Positions 1 to 11,208 are shown, counted from the stretch's first letter. The stretch is DNA of 64,000 bases from Ramlibacter sp. 2FC (GCA_943372495.1 CALRYV010000032.1:2669-66668); one strand, 5' to 3'. Numbers and translations are program-made. Notes: a model not told the origin generated them from the letters alone.

Positions 1-1324
<1,324 letters not shown>

Positions 1325-1352
1325 GGCCCCAATTTTACGGGCACGGCCCCCA

Positions 1353-1569
1353 GGGGCCTGTTCACGCCATTTCCGGGGGCGCGAACGCGCTCAATCGGGT
1401 GTCGATCGAGGCGCCCGATTGGGCTCGTTCCCCTACGGGGTTGCGGCCAAAAATGCCATCCGCCGCGTGACGAAGCCTTGCCGGGGGTCGACCCCGGCTG
1501 CGTTTCGCGCCTTGCGCATGACCTTTTTGACGAGCAACGCGTCCCCCGGAAATGGCGTGAACAGGCCCC
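1353..1569. repeat. 217-bp element bounded by a perfect 27-nt inverted repeat, with nested internal palindromes (MITE/REP-like or structured RNA)
   Basis: Left arm 1353-1379 is GGGGCCTGTTCACGCCATTTCCGGGGG. Right arm 1543-1569 is its exact reverse complement. Inner palindromes: 1392-1399/1414-1421 (CAATCGGG/CCCGATTG), 1430-1440 (CCCCTACGGGG) and 1481-1497 (CCGGGGGTCGACCCCGG). Confidence 0.7.
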
Positions 1570-1630
1570 AGCTCCCTGAATCCGGGGGGACTCCTGCTGC
1601 GTAAAGACCAAGTACCCCGACAATCCGCCC

Positions 1631-2233
1631 ATGGCCCACGACCTTCAAGACCTGCAACTGATCGCCCTCATCGACCGCATCGCCGCCCGCCAGCTGGCCG
1701 GCGCCCGCCCCGGAGACCCGGAGGCCGCCCTGCGCGAGCTCTACGACCTGACCTCGTCCAAGCTGTATGGCGTGGCCCTGCGGGTCGTGAGCAACCGCGA
1801 CTGGGCCGAGGACGTGCTGCAGGAGGCCTACCTCAATGTGTGGCGGATCGCCGGCGACTACCGGTCGGCCCTGAGCCCGCCGATGGCCTGGATGGGCGTG
1901 ATCGTCCGCAGCCGGGCGCTGGACTTCCGGCGTCGCCGCGCCAGCGAGCGGGCCGACGCCGGGCTGGAGCTCGACGACGCCATCAACGAGACGGTGGCCG
2001 GCGACTCGCCGGACCCGATGGACACCACCCAGGCCAGCGAACAGGCCTGGGCGCTGCACGAATGCCTGCGCAAGCTCGAAGCCAAGCAGCGCGAGGTGGT
2101 CAGCCTGGCCTACCTGCGCGACCTGAGCCACAGCGAGCTGGCCGAGCAGCTCAAGCTGCCGCTGGGCACGGTGAAGACCTGGATCCGCCGGGGCCTGGAA
2201 CAACTGCGCGGCTGCATGGCCCGTTTTGCCTGA
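1631..2233 (+). CDS. RNA polymerase ECF-type sigma-70 family factor
   Basis: 200 aa. Region 2 reads DWAEDVLQEAYLNVWRIAGDY. Region 4 HTH reads REVVSLAYLRDLSHSELAEQLKLPLGTVKTWIRRGLEQLR. Confidence 0.9.
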   Translation: MAHDLQDLQLIALIDRIAARQLAGARPGDPEAALRELYDLTSSKLYGVALRVVSNRDWAEDVLQEAYLNVWRIAGDYRSALSPPMAWMGVIVRSRALDFRRRRASERADAGLELDDAINETVAGDSPDPMDTTQASEQAWALHECLRKLEAKQREVVSLAYLRDLSHSELAEQLKLPLGTVKTWIRRGLEQLRGCMARFA

Positions 2234-2246
2234 AAGGCGGCCGTCC

Positions 2247-3059
2247 ATGAACCTGCTGAACTCCCCCGAACTGCTGGACCGCCTGGCCGCGTCCTATGCC
2301 CTGGGCACGCTGCGCGGCGGCGCCCGGCGGCGCTTCGAAGCCATGGCGCGGCAAAGCGCCACCGTGCGCGCCGCGGCGCTGATCTGGCAGGAGCGCTTCG
2401 CCTCCATGACCGAGCTGCAGTCCACCGAACAGCCCAGCCCCAACGTCTGGAAGCGGATCGAAAACCTGCTCGGTGCGCAGGCGGCCCCGGCGTCACCCAA
2501 GGAGAACGCGATGCTCGATAAATTGCGGCGCGGTCTCGGTCTGTGGCGCGGTGCGGCCCTGGCCGCTGCGCTGGCGGGCGTCGCCGCCGTGGTGGTGGGG
2601 GTCAACCTGAGCCGCGAGGTCGCCAGCCGGGAAGGGCAGCTGGCGCAGGTCCGGCAGCAGGGCCAGCAGCTCGCGGCGCAGAACGCGCAGCTGGCGCAGC
2701 GGATGCAGGCGATGCCCGAAATCCAGTACGTCGCCGTGCTGGCCGATGACAAGTCGGCCGCTTCCATGCTGGTGACCTTCGACCCCAAGCACGGCATGAT
2801 GAATCTCAAGCGCGTCGGCGGCTTTCAGGAAGGGCCGGACAAGTCGCTGCAGTTGTGGGCCCTGATGCCCGCGGGCGGCCCCAAGTCGCTCGGCGTGCTG
2901 GGTGATCAGCCGGTGGTCCGGATGCCCGCCGCCGAGGGCGAGGTCCGGCAGATGCCGATGCTGGCGGTAAGCCTGGAGCCCAAGGGCGGGGTGCCCGGCG
3001 ACAAGGGTCCGACCGGTCCGGTGCTGTTCAAGGGCGCGCTGCTGCAGACGACGATCTGA
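2247..3059 (+). CDS. anti-sigma factor (RskA / anti-sigma-K-like, single-pass membrane protein)
   Basis: It lies immediately downstream of the ECF sigma gene. An N-terminal anti-sigma motif (LAASYALGTLRG) is followed by a TM segment (GAALAAALAGVAAVVVGV). The C-terminal RskA-like region reads LQLWALMPAGGPKSLGVL...LAVSLEPKGG. I chose the ATG at 2247; the track offers an alternative TTG at 2226. Confidence 0.8.
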   Translation: MNLLNSPELLDRLAASYALGTLRGGARRRFEAMARQSATVRAAALIWQERFASMTELQSTEQPSPNVWKRIENLLGAQAAPASPKENAMLDKLRRGLGLWRGAALAAALAGVAAVVVGVNLSREVASREGQLAQVRQQGQQLAAQNAQLAQRMQAMPEIQYVAVLADDKSAASMLVTFDPKHGMMNLKRVGGFQEGPDKSLQLWALMPAGGPKSLGVLGDQPVVRMPAAEGEVRQMPMLAVSLEPKGGVPGDKGPTGPVLFKGALLQTTI

Positions 3060-3067
3060 GCGGGCAC

Positions 3068-3105
3068 AAAAAAAGCCGTCGATTCGTTTCGACGGCTTCT
3101 TTTTG
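3068..3105. terminator. bidirectional rho-independent terminator between convergent genes
   Basis: The sequence is AAAAAAA-GCCGTCGA-ttcgtt-TCGACGGC-TTCTTTTT. The stem is 3075-3082 / 3089-3096, flanked by an A-tract on one side and a T-tract on the other. Confidence 0.75.
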
Positions 3106-3121
3106 GGGTCGGCGACCGGTC

Positions 3122-3856
3122 CTAGCGCCAGTTGCCCCGGTGGCCGCCGTGGTGATGGTGGCCGCCCCAGCCGCCGCCGACGAAGCCGAAGCCCAGCGAT
3201 ATGCCGACCGGCGGGTAGTACGAAGGGTAGTAGCCGGAGGAATAGACCGGATAGACCGGCGTCGCATAGGCCGGATACACCGTGGTGGACGAGGCGACCA
3301 CGGCCGGCACGCTCACCGTGCCCGGGGGCGCGCTCATCACTTCTCCGCCGGCCACCGGATAGGCGGCGGTGGGCGCGGCGGAGCCGACCGGGGACACCTG
3401 CAGGCGGACGGTCGGGCCGGGGTCGTTGGCCATCTGCACCGTGGACTGGCGGCCGTTGTATTCGTACGTGACGTTGTAGGCCACGGTCCGGTTCTCGTAG
3501 AAGGTCTGGGTGGTGCAGGACTGCATGTTCTGCACGGTCGCGCCGCCGCCCCCCTCGATGCGGTCGCCGATCGCGGCGCCGCCCACCAGCCCGATGCCCG
3601 TGGCCGCCGCCCGTCCGGTGCCGTGGCCGATGGCATTGCCCAGGGCCGCGCCGGCGATGGCGCCGATCAGCGCCCCGGCGCCGCTGCTGGGTTGTTGCAC
3701 GGCGACCGGCTGGTTGTTGCACACAGTGCGTGGCACCTGGACCTGCTGGATGACGGGGGTGCTGGAGATCACGCGGCCGGTGATGTCCTGGGCCTGGGCG
3801 GTCAGCCCGAGGCCGGCCAGGACCGCAGCGGCGGTGACGGAGATGGTGTTTTTCAT
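3122..3856 (-). CDS. glycine-zipper (Rick_17kDa_Anti/2TM-like) secreted or outer-membrane protein with a Tyr/Pro-rich and His-rich C-terminal tail
   Basis: This is the last 244 codons of track ORF 3122..6286. The signal peptide is MKNTISVTAAAVLAGLGLTAQAQD. The glycine zipper is GAGALIGAIAGAALGNAIGHGTGRAAATGIGLVGGAAIG. The tail is YPVYSSGYYPSYYPPVG...GGGWGGHHHHGGHRGNWR. Confidence 0.8.
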   Translation of the reverse strand: MKNTISVTAAAVLAGLGLTAQAQDITGRVISSTPVIQQVQVPRTVCNNQPVAVQQPSSGAGALIGAIAGAALGNAIGHGTGRAAATGIGLVGGAAIGDRIEGGGGATVQNMQSCTTQTFYENRTVAYNVTYEYNGRQSTVQMANDPGPTVRLQVSPVGSAAPTAAYPVAGGEVMSAPPGTVSVPAVVASSTTVYPAYATPVYPVYSSGYYPSYYPPVGISLGFGFVGGGWGGHHHHGGHRGNWR

Positions 3857-3951
3857 GATGAGCCTCACTTCATTGCGCGAATTCCCAAAGTCTAGGCAAT
3901 CCGTCGATCGTTGTCGTTGCGGCTGGGTAAAGCAGGCGTAAAAGTTGGACG

Positions 3952-4311
3952 TCAGGGCACGGCCAATGGTTCCCAGGCGCCGGGATCGAAGCCGACCGTG
4001 ATTTGCGGGCCCCATTCCACCACCGGCCGCTTGATCACGCTGGCCTGGCCCTGCATCAGCGCCCCAGCGGTCCAGGCGTCGACGACGGCGGCCTGCGCCG
4101 CGCTGTCGAGTTTGCGCCACGTCGTGCCCTTGCGATTGACCAGCGCTTCCCAGCCGATCGCGGCGATCCACTGGTCCATGCGGTCCTGCGGCACGCCCAG
4201 CTTCTTGAAGTCGTGGAACCGGTACGCGACGCCATGGTCGTCCAGCCACGCCCGGGCCTTTTTCACGGTGTCGCAGTTCGCGATGCCGTACACGGTGATG
4301 GTCTTGCTCAT
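3952..4311 (-). CDS. ArsC/Spx-family reductase-like protein (YffB type)
   Basis: MSKTITVYGIANCDTVKKARAWLDDHGVAYRFHDFKKLGV...NRKGTTWRKL matches the CxT thioredoxin-fold ArsC family. I placed the start at the internal ATG (4311) rather than the track start 4356. Confidence 0.8.
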   Translation of the reverse strand: MSKTITVYGIANCDTVKKARAWLDDHGVAYRFHDFKKLGVPQDRMDQWIAAIGWEALVNRKGTTWRKLDSAAQAAVVDAWTAGALMQGQASVIKRPVVEWGPQITVGFDPGAWEPLAVP

Positions 4312-4354
4312 CGTGCAATTTTCCCACCGGCGCCAGTCGGCGACAATTTCCGCC

Positions 4355-5644
4355 ATGCAGAACCTTCAGGAATGGCTCGCCCACTGCGACCGGCTCCACC
4401 CGCGCACCATCGAACTGGGGCTCGAGCGCTCGCGGGCGGTGGCCGATCGCATGGGGCTGCGCTTCGACTGCCCGGTGATCACGGTGGCCGGCACCAACGG
4501 CAAGGGCTCGACCTGCGCCATGCTGGAAGCGATCGCGCTGGAAGCGGGCTGGCGCACCGGGGTCTACAGCTCGCCGCACCTGGTCGATTTCGAGGAGCGC
4601 TGCCGCATTCGCGGCGAGATCGTGCAGGCCGACGCCCTGCTGCCGCATTTCGAACGGGTCGAAGCGGCGCGCGCGGAGATCTCGCTGACCTACTTCGAAT
4701 TCACCACGCTCGCGATCATGAGCCTGATGGCCGCGTCGAACCTGGACCTGGCGATCCTGGAAGTGGGGCTGGGCGGGCGGCTCGACACCACCAACATCAT
4801 CGACGCCGATTGCGCCGTCATCACCAGCATCGACCTGGACCACATGGAACTGCTCGGCCCCGACCGCGAGAGCATCGGCCGCGAAAAGGCCGGGATCCTG
4901 CGCTCCGGCCGGCCCGCGATCGTCAGCGACCCGGTGCCGCCGCAAAGCATCATCGACCGCGCCACCGAGATCGGCGCCGACCTCTGGCTGCTGGGGCGCG
5001 ACTTCAACTTCTCCGGCGACAAGCAGCAATGGAGCTGGGCCGGCCGCGGCCGGCGCTATGCTGGCCTGGCCTATCCGGCGCTGCGCGGCGCCAACCAGTT
5101 GATCAACGCGTCGGGCGCGCTCGCCGCCCTCGAATCGCTGCGCGACCGGATTCCCGTCACCGCCCAGGCCGTGCGCAACGGCCTGTCGCTGGTCGAACTG
5201 CCCGGGCGCTTCCAGGTCGTGGCCGGGCAGCCGGCGCTGGTGCTGGACGTGGCGCACAACCCGCATTCGGTGGCGGCGCTGGCGGCCAACCTCGACGCGA
5301 TGGGCTTTTACCCGACCACCCATGCGGTGTTCGGCGCGATGGCCGACAAGGACCTGGCCACGATGTTCCGCAAGATCGGACCGCTGGTGGACCGCTGGTA
5401 CTTCACCGACCTGGACACTGCGCGGGCGGCGCGGGCCGCCGACCTGCAGGCGTCCTGGCAGGCGCAGGAGACCCGCAAGGACGTGGCCGCAAGCATCCAC
5501 GCCACGCCCATGGAAGCCCTGCGCGCGGCGGCTGCCGCAGCGGACCCCGCTGATAGAATCATCGTCTTTGGATCGTTCTATACCGTGGGGGGCGTCCTGA
5601 AGGACGGGATCCCCCGGCTTCAGGCCAAACTTCCGGGCTCCTGA
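4355..5644 (+). CDS. folC: bifunctional folylpolyglutamate synthase / dihydrofolate synthase
   Basis: MQNLQEWLAHCDRLHPRTIELGLERSRAVADRMGL...VITVAGTNGKGSTCAML carries the Mur-ligase P-loop. The conserved context is folC - SPOR protein - cvpA - purF. The track ORF 3911..5644 is over-extended at its 5' end. Confidence 0.9.
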   Translation: MQNLQEWLAHCDRLHPRTIELGLERSRAVADRMGLRFDCPVITVAGTNGKGSTCAMLEAIALEAGWRTGVYSSPHLVDFEERCRIRGEIVQADALLPHFERVEAARAEISLTYFEFTTLAIMSLMAASNLDLAILEVGLGGRLDTTNIIDADCAVITSIDLDHMELLGPDRESIGREKAGILRSGRPAIVSDPVPPQSIIDRATEIGADLWLLGRDFNFSGDKQQWSWAGRGRRYAGLAYPALRGANQLINASGALAALESLRDRIPVTAQAVRNGLSLVELPGRFQVVAGQPALVLDVAHNPHSVAALAANLDAMGFYPTTHAVFGAMADKDLATMFRKIGPLVDRWYFTDLDTARAARAADLQASWQAQETRKDVAASIHATPMEALRAAAAAADPADRIIVFGSFYTVGGVLKDGIPRLQAKLPGS

Positions 5645-5665
5645 GGCCCGCGCCAGGCACCATTC

Positions 5666-6415
5666 ATGGCCTTTTTCAAGTTCCGAAAAGCTGGCGACGA
5701 CTCCGCCGCCAGTCACCGCCAGCCCGAAAGCGTCGAGGCCATGCGCCGCCGCGCCAGGCACCGGCTGGTCGGCGCCGCCGTGCTGGTGCTGGCCGGCGTG
5801 ATCGGCTTTCCCCTGTTGTTCGACACCCAGCCGCGGCCGGTGGCCGTCGACATCCCGATCGAGATTCCCGACCGCAACAAGGTCAAGCCGCTGGCGCCGC
5901 CGCGGGCCGATGTGCGCGGCCCGGTCACGGTGGCTTCCGCGCCGCCGCCGGTGGTCGCCGCGGCGCCCGGCGAACTGCCCGCCGCGCCCAAGGGCGAAGA
6001 CAAGGCCGCCGCGCCCGTTCCCGCCTCGGCGCCGGTGACCGAACCGGTTGCCAAGGCGCCGGCCAAACCCGAACCCAAGCCCGAACCCAAGCCGGCGGCC
6101 AGGGCCGAACCGGTGGCCGGCGCCGACGATGGCGCGAAGGCGCGGGCCCTGCTGGAAGGCAAGCCGCCCGCCGTGGCCGCGGTCGAAGGACGGTTCGTGG
6201 TCCAGGTCGGCGCGTTTGCCGATCCGGTCAAGGCCCGCGAGACCCGCCTGCGGGTGGAAAAAACCGGGCTGAAGACGTACACGCACGTCGCCGAGACCAA
6301 GGATGGCAAGCGGATCCGGGTGCGGGTCGGACCGTTCGCCAACCGGGCCGAAGCCGACAAGGCGGCCGAAAAAATCAAGGGGCTGGATTTGCCGGCCGCG
6401 ATCCTCACCTTGTGA
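5666..6415 (+). CDS. SPOR domain-containing cell-division protein (DedD-like)
   Basis: An N-terminal TM segment is followed by a Pro/Ala/Lys-rich linker (KPEPKPEPKP). The C-terminal SPOR domain reads RFVVQVGAFADPVKARETRLRVEKTGLKTY...RVRVGPFANRAEADKAAEKIK. Confidence 0.85.
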   Translation: MAFFKFRKAGDDSAASHRQPESVEAMRRRARHRLVGAAVLVLAGVIGFPLLFDTQPRPVAVDIPIEIPDRNKVKPLAPPRADVRGPVTVASAPPPVVAAAPGELPAAPKGEDKAAAPVPASAPVTEPVAKAPAKPEPKPEPKPAARAEPVAGADDGAKARALLEGKPPAVAAVEGRFVVQVGAFADPVKARETRLRVEKTGLKTYTHVAETKDGKRIRVRVGPFANRAEADKAAEKIKGLDLPAAILTL

Positions 6416-6428
6416 GGATCACTGCCTG

Positions 6429-6917
6429 ATGGCCACGCTGGACTGGGTGTTCGTCGCCGTGCTGGTCGCCTCGCTGGCGCTGGGCGCGTGGCGCGGACTG
6501 GTGTACGAGGTGCTGTCGGTGCTGGGCTGGATTGCGGCGTTCGTGCTGGCCCAGTGGCTGGCGCCGGACGCGGCGGCCTGGCTGCCGATGGGCGGCTCCG
6601 GCGACGCGGTGCGCTATGCGGCGGGCTTCGTGCTGGTGTTCATCGCCGCCGCCTTCGCCGCCGGCCTGCTGGCCTGGCTGGTGAAGAAGCTGGTGGAAGC
6701 GGTGGGACTGCGGCCGGTGGACCGCACGCTGGGCGCGGCGTTCGGCCTGGTGCGCGGAGCGGTGCTGCTGCTGGCGGCGGCCGTGGTGGTCAACATGACG
6801 CCGCTGCAAAGCGGCCAGTGGTGGACGGAATCGACGGGCGCCGGCGTCTCGACGACGGTGCTCAGGGGTTTGAAACCGGTGTTGCCCGAGCGGTTCGGGC
6901 GCTACCTGCCGGTGTAG
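6429..6917 (+). CDS. cvpA: colicin V production membrane protein CvpA
   Basis: MATLDWVFVAVLVASLALGAWRGLVYEVLSVLGWIAAFVLA... is a polytopic membrane protein in the canonical position upstream of purF. Confidence 0.85.
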   Translation: MATLDWVFVAVLVASLALGAWRGLVYEVLSVLGWIAAFVLAQWLAPDAAAWLPMGGSGDAVRYAAGFVLVFIAAAFAAGLLAWLVKKLVEAVGLRPVDRTLGAAFGLVRGAVLLLAAAVVVNMTPLQSGQWWTESTGAGVSTTVLRGLKPVLPERFGRYLPV

Positions 6918-6937
6918 CAATCAAGAAGGCCTCAACC

Positions 6938-8446
6938 ATGTGTGGAATCGTCGGCGTTGTCAGCAATGCCCCAGTCAACCAGCTGATCTACGACGCGCTG
7001 CTGCTGCTGCAGCACCGCGGCCAGGACGCGGCCGGCATCGTCACCCAGAAGGAACGCAAGTTCTTCATGCACAAGGCCAAGGGCATGGTGCGCGACGTCT
7101 TCCGCACCCGCAACATGCGCGGTCTGCCGGGCGACGCCGGCCTGGGCCAGGTGCGCTACCCGACCGCCGGCAATGCCTACAGCGAGGAAGAAGCGCAGCC
7201 CTTCTACGTCAACGCGCCGTACGGCATCGTGCTGGTGCACAACGGCAACCTCACCAACGCGCAGGCGCTGAAGGCGGAGCTGTATTCCAGCGACCATCGG
7301 CACATCAACACCGAGAGCGACTCGGAAGTGCTGCTGAACGTCTTCGCCCACGAACTTGAGAAGACCACCCGCGGGGCCCAGTTGCGGCCAGAAGACGTGT
7401 TCACGGCGGTGAGCGCCGTGCACAAGCGCATCCGCGGGTCCTACGCCGTGATCGCGATGATCGCCGGCCACGGCGTGCTGGCCTTCCGCGACCCGTTCGG
7501 GATCCGGCCGCTGTCGATCGGGCACAAGGACGGCACGGTGATGGTGGCCAGCGAGTCGGTCACGCTCGAGGGCACCGGCCACACGTTCGACCGTCACGTG
7601 CTGCCGGGCGAGGCGATCTTCATCGACCTGCAGGGCAAGGTGTCTTCGCAGCAGTGCGCCGAGAACCCCAAGCTCTATCCCTGCATCTTCGAATACGTGT
7701 ATCTCGCCCGGCCCGATTCCGTGCTGGACGGCATCTCGGTGTACCAGGCGCGCCTGAACCTCGGCGAGACGCTGGCCAAGCGGGTCGTGTCCACCGTGCC
7801 GCCCAGCGACATCGACGTGATCATCCCGATCCCCGAATCCAGCCGGCCCAGCGCAACCCAGCTGGCGCACCTGCTGGGCGTGCCGTACCGCGAGGGCTTC
7901 GTGAAGAACCGCTATGTCGGCCGGACCTTCATCATGCCGGGGCAGGGCGTGCGCAAGAAGTCGGTGCGGCAGAAGCTCAACGTGATCGCCAGCGAGTTCA
8001 AGGGCCGCAACGTGCTGCTGGTCGATGATTCGATCGTGCGCGGCACCACCAGCCGCGAGATCGTGCAGATGGCCCGGGACGCCGGCGCCAAGAAGGTGTA
8101 CCTGGCCAGTGCCGCGCCGCCGGTGCGCTTCCCCAACGTCTACGGCATCGACATGCCCACTCCGGGCGAACTGGTGGCCCACGGCCGCACCATCGAGGAA
8201 GTGCGCGAGATCATCGGCTGCGACGCCCTGATCTACCAGGACGTGGAAGGCATGAAGCGGGCCATCGGCTCGCTCAATCCCAACCTCGACGGCTTCGACG
8301 CCTCGTGCTTCGACGGCGTCTACGTGACCGGCGACATCAACCCCGAAGACATCGCGCGGATCAATGAGGCGCGGATCGGCCAGGAAGACCCGCAGATCGA
8401 GGAAGACACCTCGCGCCTGGCCTTGCCCAACCCGCAGGAAGCGTGA
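6938..8446 (+). CDS. purF: amidophosphoribosyltransferase
   Basis: [34 protein letters not shown] has the N-terminal nucleophile Cys2. The PRTase motif is [14 protein letters not shown]. Confidence 0.95.
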   Translation: MCGIVGVVSNAPVNQLIYDALLLLQHRGQDAAGIVTQKERKFFMHKAKGMVRDVFRTRNMRGLPGDAGLGQVRYPTAGNAYSEEEAQPFYVNAPYGIVLVHNGNLTNAQALKAELYSSDHRHINTESDSEVLLNVFAHELEKTTRGAQLRPEDVFTAVSAVHKRIRGSYAVIAMIAGHGVLAFRDPFGIRPLSIGHKDGTVMVASESVTLEGTGHTFDRHVLPGEAIFIDLQGKVSSQQCAENPKLYPCIFEYVYLARPDSVLDGISVYQARLNLGETLAKRVVSTVPPSDIDVIIPIPESSRPSATQLAHLLGVPYREGFVKNRYVGRTFIMPGQGVRKKSVRQKLNVIASEFKGRNVLLVDDSIVRGTTSREIVQMARDAGAKKVYLASAAPPVRFPNVYGIDMPTPGELVAHGRTIEEVREIIGCDALIYQDVEGMKRAIGSLNPNLDGFDASCFDGVYVTGDINPEDIARINEARIGQEDPQIEEDTSRLALPNPQEA

Positions 8447-8448
8447 CC

Positions 8449-9663
8449 ATGGATGGAAAGAAGCTTCCCCCCGGCTTGCATCGCGACACGCTGGCCGTGC
8501 GCGCGGGGATCGAGCCGAGCCAGTACGGCGAGAACTCCGAGGCGCTGTACCTGACCAGCGGCTTCCTGCAGCCCGACTCGGAAACGATGGCGCGGCGCTT
8601 CGCCCATCCCGAGGAGGGCTACACCTATGGCCGCACCTCCAACCCTACTGTCACCGGCTTCGAGCAGCGGCTGGCGGCCATGGAGGGGACGGAAGCGGCG
8701 GTCGGCGCGTCGACCGGCATGGGCGCGATCCTGATGCTGTGCATGGGCCTGCTCAAGGCCGGCGACCACGTGGTCTGCTCGCGTTCGGTGTTCGGTTCCA
8801 CCATGAACCTGTTCGGCAAGGAGTTCGGCAAGTTCGGCGTCGAGACCAGCTTCGTGTCGCAAATCGACCTGGCGCAGTGGCGTGCCGCGGTCCGCCCCAA
8901 TACCAAGCTGCTGTTCGCCGAGACGCCGACCAATCCGCTGACCGACGTCTGCGATATCGCGGCGCTGGCGGACATCGCGCACGGCGCCGGCGCACTGCTG
9001 GCTGTCGACAACTGTTTCTGCACGCCGGCATTGCAGCGGCCGACCGAGCTGGGCGCCGACCTGGTGATCCATTCGGGCACCAAGTACCTCGACGGCCAGG
9101 GCCGCGTGATGGCCGGCGCGATCTGCGGGCCCTCGAAGCTGATCGTCGACGTGTTCGGCCCGATCGTGCGCACCGCCGGCATGACGCTGTCGCCGTTCAA
9201 CGCCTGGGTCGTGCTCAAGGGACTGGAGACGCTGGGCATCCGCATGCAGGCGCAGTGCGCCAATGCGCTCGCCGTCGCCCGCTGGCTGGAAGGGCATCCG
9301 GCGGTGACGCGCGTCTATTACCCGGGGCTGGCCTCGCACGGCCAGCACGCGCTCGCCATGCGCCAGCAGTCGGGGCTGGGCGGCGCCGTGGTGTCGTTCG
9401 ACGTCCGTGGCGACACGCCGGAAGGCAAACGGGCCAACGCCTTCCACGTGATCGACAGCACGCAGGTGCTGAGCATCGCCACCAACCTGGGCGACACCAA
9501 GACCATCATCACCCATCCCGCCACCACTTCGCACGGGCGCCTGTCGGAAGACCAGCGCCAGGCCGCCGGCATCGGCCAGGGCCTGATCCGCGTGGCGGTG
9601 GGGCTGGAATTCATCGACGACATCAAGGCCGACCTGTTGCGCGGCCTGGACACACTGGCATGA
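8449..9663 (+). CDS. metZ: O-succinylhomoserine sulfhydrylase (Cys/Met-metabolism PLP enzyme)
   Basis: [11 protein letters not shown]...YGRTSNPTV...[13 protein letters not shown] includes the PLP-lysine motif. The position after purF is as in other beta- and gammaproteobacteria. The start may instead be the GTG at 8443, which overlaps the purF stop. Confidence 0.85.
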   Translation: MDGKKLPPGLHRDTLAVRAGIEPSQYGENSEALYLTSGFLQPDSETMARRFAHPEEGYTYGRTSNPTVTGFEQRLAAMEGTEAAVGASTGMGAILMLCMGLLKAGDHVVCSRSVFGSTMNLFGKEFGKFGVETSFVSQIDLAQWRAAVRPNTKLLFAETPTNPLTDVCDIAALADIAHGAGALLAVDNCFCTPALQRPTELGADLVIHSGTKYLDGQGRVMAGAICGPSKLIVDVFGPIVRTAGMTLSPFNAWVVLKGLETLGIRMQAQCANALAVARWLEGHPAVTRVYYPGLASHGQHALAMRQQSGLGGAVVSFDVRGDTPEGKRANAFHVIDSTQVLSIATNLGDTKTIITHPATTSHGRLSEDQRQAAGIGQGLIRVAVGLEFIDDIKADLLRGLDTLA

Positions 9664-11048
9664 CGACAAAGATCCGGACCCGCTTCGCGCCTTCGCCGAC
9701 GGGCTTCATCCACCTGGGCAACATCCGCTCGGCCCTGTATCCGTGGGCCTTCGCCCGCTCGCAGGGCGGCGACTTCATCCTGCGCATCGAGGACACCGAC
9801 GTCGAGCGTTCGTCGCAGGCCGCGGTCGACGTGATCCTGGAAGGCATGAAGTGGCTGGGCCTGGATCCCGACGAGGGGCCGTTTTACCAGATGGAGCGGA
9901 TGGACCGCTACAAGGCGATGCTGGCGACGATGCAGGCCGACGGCCTGGTCTATCCCTGCTACATGAGCATCGCCGAACTCGACGCCCTGCGCGAGCAGCA
10001 GATGGCGAACAAGGAAAAGCCGCGCTACGACGGCAGCTGGCGGCCCGCGCCGGGCAAGGCTTTGCCGCCGGTGCCCGAAGGCGTGCAGCCGGTGCTGCGC
10101 TTCATGAATCCGGTCGGCGGCTCGGTGGTGTGGGAGGACAAGGTCAAGGGCCGGATCGAGATCAGCAACGACGAACTCGACGACCTGGTGATCGCCCGTC
10201 CGGATGGCACACCCACGTACAACTTCTGCGTGGTGGTCGACGACATCGACATGCGCATCACGCACGTGATCCGCGGCGACGACCACGTGAACAACACGCC
10301 GCGCCAGATCAACATCTTCCGCGCCCTGGGCCACGAGCCGCCGGTGTACGCGCACCTGCCCACCGTGCTGAACGAACAGGGCGAGAAGATGAGCAAGCGC
10401 AACGGCGCCAAGCCGGTGACGCGCTACCGCGACGAAGGCTACCTGCCCGATGCGATGGTGAACTACCTGGCGCGCCTGGGCTGGTCGCATGGCGACGACG
10501 AGATCTTCAGCCGCGAGCAGTTCCTGCAGTGGTTCAGCCTCGACCACCTGGGCCGCAGCGCGGCGCAGTTCGACGAGGCGAAGCTGCGTTGGGTCAACGC
10601 CCAGCACATGAAGGCGATGGCCGACGCGGAATTGGCCGTGCTGGTGGCGCCGTTCCTGCAGCAGCGCGGCATCGTGGCCGATGCCCGGCTGGCGGCGCTG
10701 TGCGGCCTGCTCAAGGACCGCTGCGACACGCTGGTGGCGCTGGCCGACTGGATCGCGAAGTTCCACCAGCCGGTGCAGCCCGATGCGCAGGAGCTAGGTA
10801 AGCACGTGACCACGGCCGTGCGGCCGGCGATCGGCATGCTGGCGAAGATGCTCGAGGACTGCCCGTGGGACCGGGAATCGATCTCCGCGGCGATCAAGGA
10901 AGTGTTGCGCGCCACCGGCCTGAAGATGCCGCAGCTCGCGATGCCGGTACGGGTGCTGGTGCTCGGAACGGCGCAGACTCCCTCGCTCGATGCGGTGCTG
11001 GCCCTCAGTGATCGAGCAATAGTGATCGAGCGGCTGCAAGCCGCCTGA
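9660..11048 (+). CDS. gltX: glutamate--tRNA ligase
   Basis: [27 protein letters not shown] carries the HIGH-type motif. The KMSKS motif is present as GEKMSKRNG. The ATG at 9660 overlaps the metZ stop. Confidence 0.95.
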   Translation: MTTKIRTRFAPSPTGFIHLGNIRSALYPWAFARSQGGDFILRIEDTDVERSSQAAVDVILEGMKWLGLDPDEGPFYQMERMDRYKAMLATMQADGLVYPCYMSIAELDALREQQMANKEKPRYDGSWRPAPGKALPPVPEGVQPVLRFMNPVGGSVVWEDKVKGRIEISNDELDDLVIARPDGTPTYNFCVVVDDIDMRITHVIRGDDHVNNTPRQINIFRALGHEPPVYAHLPTVLNEQGEKMSKRNGAKPVTRYRDEGYLPDAMVNYLARLGWSHGDDEIFSREQFLQWFSLDHLGRSAAQFDEAKLRWVNAQHMKAMADAELAVLVAPFLQQRGIVADARLAALCGLLKDRCDTLVALADWIAKFHQPVQPDAQELGKHVTTAVRPAIGMLAKMLEDCPWDRESISAAIKEVLRATGLKMPQLAMPVRVLVLGTAQTPSLDAVLALSDRAIVIERLQAA

Positions 11049-11059
11049 TTTTTCAGGCT

Positions 11060-11065
11060 ATAATT
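11060..11065 (+). promoter_or_regulatory. candidate -10 box (TATAAT) for the tRNA cluster
   Basis: A perfect TATAAT lies about 50 nt upstream of tRNA-Ala. I saw no convincing -35 box. Confidence 0.3.
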
Positions 11066-11115
11066 CGAGGCTCGGAAATTGATCGGATTGAACGCAAGAA
11101 CAGTCTGCCAATTTG

Positions 11116-11191
<76 letters not shown>

Positions 11192-11208
11192 CCGAAGTTT
11201 CAGGTTTT

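Noticed and set aside
1345-1575. A target-site duplication flanking the 27-nt inverted-repeat element.
   Set aside because: The flanks (…CCCCA | element | AGCTC…) share no 2-9 nt direct repeat under any small shift of the element boundaries. Mobility therefore remains unproven.
1570-1630. An ECF-type autoregulated promoter (GAAC-N16/17-CGT) upstream of the sigma-factor gene.
   Set aside because: A GAAC occurs at the inner edge of the right repeat arm, but no properly spaced CGT(C/T)-like -10 element follows, so no promoter is called.
6050-6110. A KPEPKPEPKP-coding short tandem repeat in the SPOR protein gene.
   Set aside because: It is a low-complexity Pro/Lys/Glu linker common in SPOR/DedD/TonB-like proteins. 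It is too short and too imperfect to count as a distinct repeat element.
3122-6286. A 1054-aa minus-strand ORF in the track.
   Set aside because: Only the last 244 codons (3122-3856, the glycine-zipper protein) look real. The rest is an Arg/Gly/Pro-rich frame with no motifs. It runs antisense to the well-supported arsC-family, folC and SPOR genes and is a typical high-GC shadow ORF.
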